Below are positions 55,410 to 58,951 of a stretch of DNA of 58,951 nucleotides, piece after piece. Origin of the DNA: Corallococcus praedator. Its GTDB lineage: Bacteria > Myxococcota > Myxococcia > Myxococcales > Myxococcaceae. A model generated the notes under the pieces. The model was not told the origin of the DNA, did no database searches, and saw only the letters and a list, made by a program, of their open reading frames with translations. The stretch spans positions 1 through 58,951 of the forward strand of contig NZ_RAWI01000010.1 of assembly GCF_003612125.1 (NCBI RefSeq), in the 5' to 3' direction. Both the position numbers and the translations under genes were made by a program. The number at the start of each line of letters is the position of its first letter. Positions within the stretch are counted from its first letter, which is position 1.

Positions 55410-56405
55410 TCAGAGGAGCCGCTGCAGTTCCTGGCTGAGCACCTCTTCCAGGTGCCGGATGTTGCGATAGACGAGACAGCGATAGCTGGACACGTCGAAG
55501 CGCAGCTCCCGCACGTCCCGCACCAGCATCAGCGTGGGCTTGCCCCGCCCCCAGGCGTAGCCCACCTCCAGATACACATTGGGGTTCGCCAGCGACAGGT
55601 CCGCGATGACGACCTTCGCGGTGTCGATGCGGTCCCGGATGCGCTGGATGATGGGGCCGTCGAAGGTGGCCTGGTCGACACGCTCGCAGAGCAGCCCGGC
55701 CGCCTTCACCGGGCCCAGGATGCCGTAGTGGTAGGTGTCCTCCAGCTCCGGCGCGAAGGGCATCGCCACGAAGGCATGGGGCTTCTCGTTTGAATTCGCG
55801 CCCGCGCTGGCCATGGGGGCCGCCGCGACGAACCGGGACGTGCGCCGGACGCGGAAACCCATGCCGCCGGGCAGTGGCTCCACCCCCGCGGTGGCGCCCA
55901 GGCCTGTCGCCAGGGCCTTGCGCATCCGCTCCATCCGTTTGGGATTGATCTCCACCACCGTGAGGCGCTCCAGGTCGCGCGGCCCCACGCCCCGCTGGAA
56001 GGCCTCCACGAACCCGCCCACCAGGGCCAGCACGGCTTCGTCCTCGTCGAGCCCGTAGTTGGGGCCGTGCACCGTGCACGCGACGTGGCGGAGGGCCGGG
56101 CGGGGTTCCAGGAGCTGGAGCGCGCGGACGGCGAACTGGCGGATCTCGTGGTAGCCGAACTGGCGCAGGCGCACCGTGCCCAGGAAGAGCACCCACGGCG
56201 CCCCCAGGCCGCCCCGGGTCTCGATGAAGCGGTGGTCGCCGGGAAGCACCGCGAGGGTGTCCGTGGCGATGCCCACCCCCTCCAGCCGCCGCGCCACCGC
56301 GCCGTCCGCCCCGTGGAAGCCCTGCGCGTACTTCAGCAGCACGGCATCCGCGGCCGTCTCTCCCACGTCCCCAAGGTCCACGACGACGTCCAGCGTGTCT
56401 CCCAT
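55410..56405 (-). CDS. two-domain protein: unknown N-terminal domain plus C-terminal nucleoside 2-deoxyribosyltransferase-like (NDT/Rcl-fold) domain
   Basis: C-terminus: AFVAMPF...IIQRIRDRIDTAKVVIADLSLANPNVYLEVGYAWGRGKPTLMLV, compare NDT DVGLGMELGYALSQGKYVLLV. Start chosen at MGDTLD, 16 bp after the upstream stop. Confidence 0.5.
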   Translation of the reverse strand: MGDTLDVVVDLGDVGETAADAVLLKYAQGFHGADGAVARRLEGVGIATDTLAVLPGDHRFIETRGGLGAPWVLFLGTVRLRQFGYHEIRQFAVRALQLLEPRPALRHVACTVHGPNYGLDEDEAVLALVGGFVEAFQRGVGPRDLERLTVVEINPKRMERMRKALATGLGATAGVEPLPGGMGFRVRRTSRFVAAAPMASAGANSNEKPHAFVAMPFAPELEDTYHYGILGPVKAAGLLCERVDQATFDGPIIQRIRDRIDTAKVVIADLSLANPNVYLEVGYAWGRGKPTLMLVRDVRELRFDVSSYRCLVYRNIRHLEEVLSQELQRLL

Positions 56406-56421
56406 GGGCACGGAACTGTAG

Positions 56422-57138
56422 TCAGTCAGGCCCTCCGGCTCCAGCCGCCGGCAGGAAGCGGTCGAACCAGCCCAGGGCCTCATCCCAGACACGGCCCCAA
56501 CCGGCTTCGCTGAACATGTGTCCTTCGCCGTCGTGTTCAACGAAGCGGAGCCGCTCGGGGGCGCTGGCGTAGCGCGGCGTGAGCGCATGGTGGAAGGCTC
56601 GCGCATTCGACGCCGGCACCAGGGTGTCCGCCCCCGCCGTCTGGAGAAGCAGCGGCGTCGGGAAGTATCGCGCCAGGTGGGCGTGAGCGCGTGGCGGAGG
56701 GGCCACCACGCTCACCGCCGCATCCAGCACCGCACCAGCTTCGATGGCGCCAAAGAGCATCGCGCCCCCCATCGAGATGCCGCAGGCGCCCACCGCCCCC
56801 GGCCGAGACCAGCCCTGCTCCGCGAGGACCCCGAGCACGGTGGGCAGCTCCGCGGCGGCCTGTGCCACGAGCTCCGCGAAGCTGTCAGCCATGCGTTCGG
56901 GAGCGAAGCGGTGTTCGAAGTCCGGGTGGCGCCGTTCGCCATGCCCCACCGCGTCAAGGATCACCGCGACATACCCCCGCCGGGCCAGGAGGTACGCCTC
57001 GGGGCGCTGGACCTCCTTCGACGCCCCCAGCCCATGCAGGAGCACCACGGTGCCCCGGGGGCCCGGCGCGGGTGTCGGTCCCCCGCCGACAATCAGGGCG
57101 GGTGCATCCGCGAGCATGACGCGTTGCTCTGACTGCAT
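56422..57138 (-). CDS. alpha/beta hydrolase (dienelactone hydrolase/esterase-like)
   Basis: VVLLHGLGASKE, GISMGG nucleophile elbow, C-terminal His (DGEGH). Confidence 0.7.
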   Translation of the reverse strand: MQSEQRVMLADAPALIVGGGPTPAPGPRGTVVLLHGLGASKEVQRPEAYLLARRGYVAVILDAVGHGERRHPDFEHRFAPERMADSFAELVAQAAAELPTVLGVLAEQGWSRPGAVGACGISMGGAMLFGAIEAGAVLDAAVSVVAPPPRAHAHLARYFPTPLLLQTAGADTLVPASNARAFHHALTPRYASAPERLRFVEHDGEGHMFSEAGWGRVWDEALGWFDRFLPAAGAGGPD

Positions 57139-57344
57139 CTTCGCTCCCCGCGAGGAATGTCGGCGACGGGCCGGAGTCTTCCATCAATGCCTTGCACGCT
57201 CCATCGCCTTGTCTGGCACAATGGGCCTCCGCAAGGCTTTGCACCGGGATGCCTGCCTGCCGGGGAGGCTTTTCGACCGTCCTCCGGACGGGTGTGAACC
57301 ATTTCACTGTTCTCTCCGGACCCAGTGACTAGCGTCCCGGCACC

Positions 57345-58238
57345 ATGTCCCTGTTCGCGCGCCTCCAGGCCCTGCTGTCCGCCCACCCCGCCGCCCCGGA
57401 AGCTCCGGCCGGGCAGGCGCCCGCGACCGCTGCTTCACCTTCCGCCCCACCGTCCGCGACGGAACCGGAAGCGGCGGCGCCCGCGCCCCCCGTCTGCACG
57501 CGCTACCTCCAGGCGGGCCAGGTGGTGGTGCGCGAAGGCGACCCCGGCAACTCGATGTTCGTCGTGCTGGAGGGCCGCGTCGCCGTGCTGCGCGGCAACG
57601 ACGGCGCCGCGAACACGGAGGTGGGCCGCCTGGGCGCGGGCGAGTTCTTCGGGGAGCTGGCGCTGCTCACCGGCACGAAGCGCACCGCCACGGTGGTGAC
57701 GGTGGAGGACGTGGTGCTGCTGGAGCTGACCCAGGCTGGCGTCCGGGAGCTGGGCAAGGACTACGGCGTGAAGGGGGACCAGATGCAGTTGGCCGCGAAG
57801 GAGCGCCTGCTCGCGGACACCCTGCGCAGCAACCCGCTCATCGCCGCCCTGCCCCAGGAGGTGCAGCACGAGCTGGGCGATGCCTTCGTGCCCTGCACCG
57901 TGCCCGCGGGCGAAACGCTGCTCACCCGGGGCCAGCCCGGCGACGCGCTCTACGTCCTCTTGCGAGGCAAGTGCGAGGTCTTCCACACGCACGGCGATGG
58001 ACGCCAGTCGCCCTACCCCCTGCTGGAGGAAGGCGCCCTCTTCGGGGAGATCTCCCTGCTGCGCAGCCGGCTGGCCACCGCCACCGTGCGCACCGTGACG
58101 CCGTGCACGCTGCTGAAGCTGGAGCGCGAGGTGTTCCGCAAGGCGTTCCTGGGCCAGCCCGACCTGCGGGGCGCCCTGGTGCGCCTGGGCCTGGAGCGGC
58201 TCAAGAACACCATCGAGGTCATGGGCGAAGCGAAGTAG
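57345..58238 (+). CDS. tandem cyclic-nucleotide-binding (CAP-family cNMP) domain protein
   Basis: Two cNMP modules: GDPGNSMFVVLEGRV...FGELALLTGTKRTATV and GQPGDALYVLLRGKC...FGEISLLRSRLATATV; Ala/Pro-rich N-terminus. Confidence 0.8.
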   Translation: MSLFARLQALLSAHPAAPEAPAGQAPATAASPSAPPSATEPEAAAPAPPVCTRYLQAGQVVVREGDPGNSMFVVLEGRVAVLRGNDGAANTEVGRLGAGEFFGELALLTGTKRTATVVTVEDVVLLELTQAGVRELGKDYGVKGDQMQLAAKERLLADTLRSNPLIAALPQEVQHELGDAFVPCTVPAGETLLTRGQPGDALYVLLRGKCEVFHTHGDGRQSPYPLLEEGALFGEISLLRSRLATATVRTVTPCTLLKLEREVFRKAFLGQPDLRGALVRLGLERLKNTIEVMGEAK

Positions 58239-58820
58239 CTAGCCGTGGAGCGTCTCGCCCGCCTCCAACATGGCGACGAACTTCTCCAGCCGGCGCACGC
58301 GCGTCTCCGGCTTCTTCGCGTCGTGGAGCCGGTAGAGGATGGCGTAGCGGTTGGAGCCCTTGAGCGTGGCGAAGAACGCCTTCGCCTTCGGGTTCGCCTC
58401 CAGCGCGTTCAGCAGGTCCTCCGGGACGGTGATGGCCGTGGGCGACGCGTACGCCGCTTCCCACCGCCCGTCGGCCCGGGCCGCCTCCACCTCGCGCAGG
58501 CCGGCGGGCTGCATCCGCTTCGCGGCGATGAGCGCGTCGGCCTTGCCGCAGTTGATCTTCGACCACCTGCTCCGGGCCCTGCGGGGCGTGAAGCGCTGGA
58601 TCCAGAAGGTGTCGTCGACCGGTTTCGCCTGCCCGTCGATCCAGCCGTAGCAGAGCGCCACCTCCACCGCCTGGGCGTACGTCACGGACGCGATGCCCGA
58701 CTCCTTCTTCGCGAACTTCAACCAGACGCCCGGTGCGTCGGCGTGGTGCTTCAAAAGCCACTGCTCGAACGCCTTCTCCGACGCGAACGGCACGGTGGGG
58801 AGTTCCTGCTTCGCCTTCAT
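58239..58820 (-). CDS. YdeI/OmpD-associated (OmdA) family protein
   Basis: YAQAVEVALCYGWIDG...RLEKFVAMLEAGE pattern typical of the family; stop abuts the cNMP gene stop (convergent). Confidence 0.65.
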   Translation of the reverse strand: MKAKQELPTVPFASEKAFEQWLLKHHADAPGVWLKFAKKESGIASVTYAQAVEVALCYGWIDGQAKPVDDTFWIQRFTPRRARSRWSKINCGKADALIAAKRMQPAGLREVEAARADGRWEAAYASPTAITVPEDLLNALEANPKAKAFFATLKGSNRYAILYRLHDAKKPETRVRRLEKFVAMLEAGETLHG

Positions 58821-58951
58821 CCAACCATTCCTCCAGGGCCGGGTTCAGGACATTCCCGCCGACAAAAGCCCCACAGGGACTCTACCGGTGGAAGGCAGCC
58901 GGTGCGGAAGCCGTTATGAACAGGGCCATGGCCGATTCCAGCCCCCGTCCC

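Noticed and set aside
1-58951. CRISPR arrays, rRNA, tRNA, intact IS elements, integrase/att sites
   Set aside because: No regularly spaced direct repeats, no structured RNA-like conserved stretches, and no transposase or integrase ORFs were recognised. The only tandem repeats found are protein-coding (1028-1127, 40714-40850).

Overview
This 59 kb window is high-GC DNA (about 68-72% GC, strong GC3 bias) that looks myxobacterial. Supporting this, one secreted protein ends in a MYXO-CTERM-type sorting tail, and many gene starts are GTG or TTG.

Most of the window is chromosomal 'accessory' content: regulators (AraC, ArsR, LysR), oxidoreductases (two SDRs, a P450 with an ABM monooxygenase), proC, Hsp20, a PhzF-family protein, and several secreted hydrolases (M1 aminopeptidase, prolyl oligopeptidase, PBP4/DacB, two tandem GDSL lipases, an astacin-like protease).

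The main discovery candidate is a compact minus-strand operon at 20015-26894 that looks like a biosynthetic cluster for a RiPP (ribosomally synthesised, post-translationally modified peptide). It encodes a 58-aa precursor with a double-glycine leader (MNESKTQDAVAQNEKTQKLSLELGKAIDSVDSRLLDITGG | LKSGSDDGDIIICSSKCA). This gene is below the ORF-track cutoff. Two radical-SAM/SPASM maturases with N-terminal PqqD-like RRE regions follow, translationally coupled by an ATGA overlap. Then come two HlyD-type membrane-fusion proteins and a C39-peptidase ABC exporter.

Second, 41170-43461 encodes a clear homolog of the eukaryotic major vault protein. It preserves the MVP repeat signature (FPLYPGE..LE.DI.P, AGDEWL..GPG.Y.P) and the shoulder/cap-helix region. 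It sits tightly packed with a TDAGTT-repeat lipoprotein and a MYXO-CTERM HExxH protein.

Third, a lower-GC island at about 4.2-6.0 kb carries a GH45 endoglucanase that is strikingly similar to fungal family-45 cellulases. It lies next to a truncated HTH gene remnant, which suggests horizontal acquisition.

Other notes:
- Several eukaryote-like beta-propeller proteins (two RCC1, one Kelch) share a paralogous N-terminal Ig-like module.
- An outer-membrane DUF481-like gene has two in-frame stops.
- One protein fuses an NDT-like (nucleoside 2-deoxyribosyltransferase-like) domain to an unknown N-terminal domain.
- A second low-GC single-gene island carries an alpha/beta hydrolase.

No rRNA, tRNA, CRISPR array or intact IS element was recognised.
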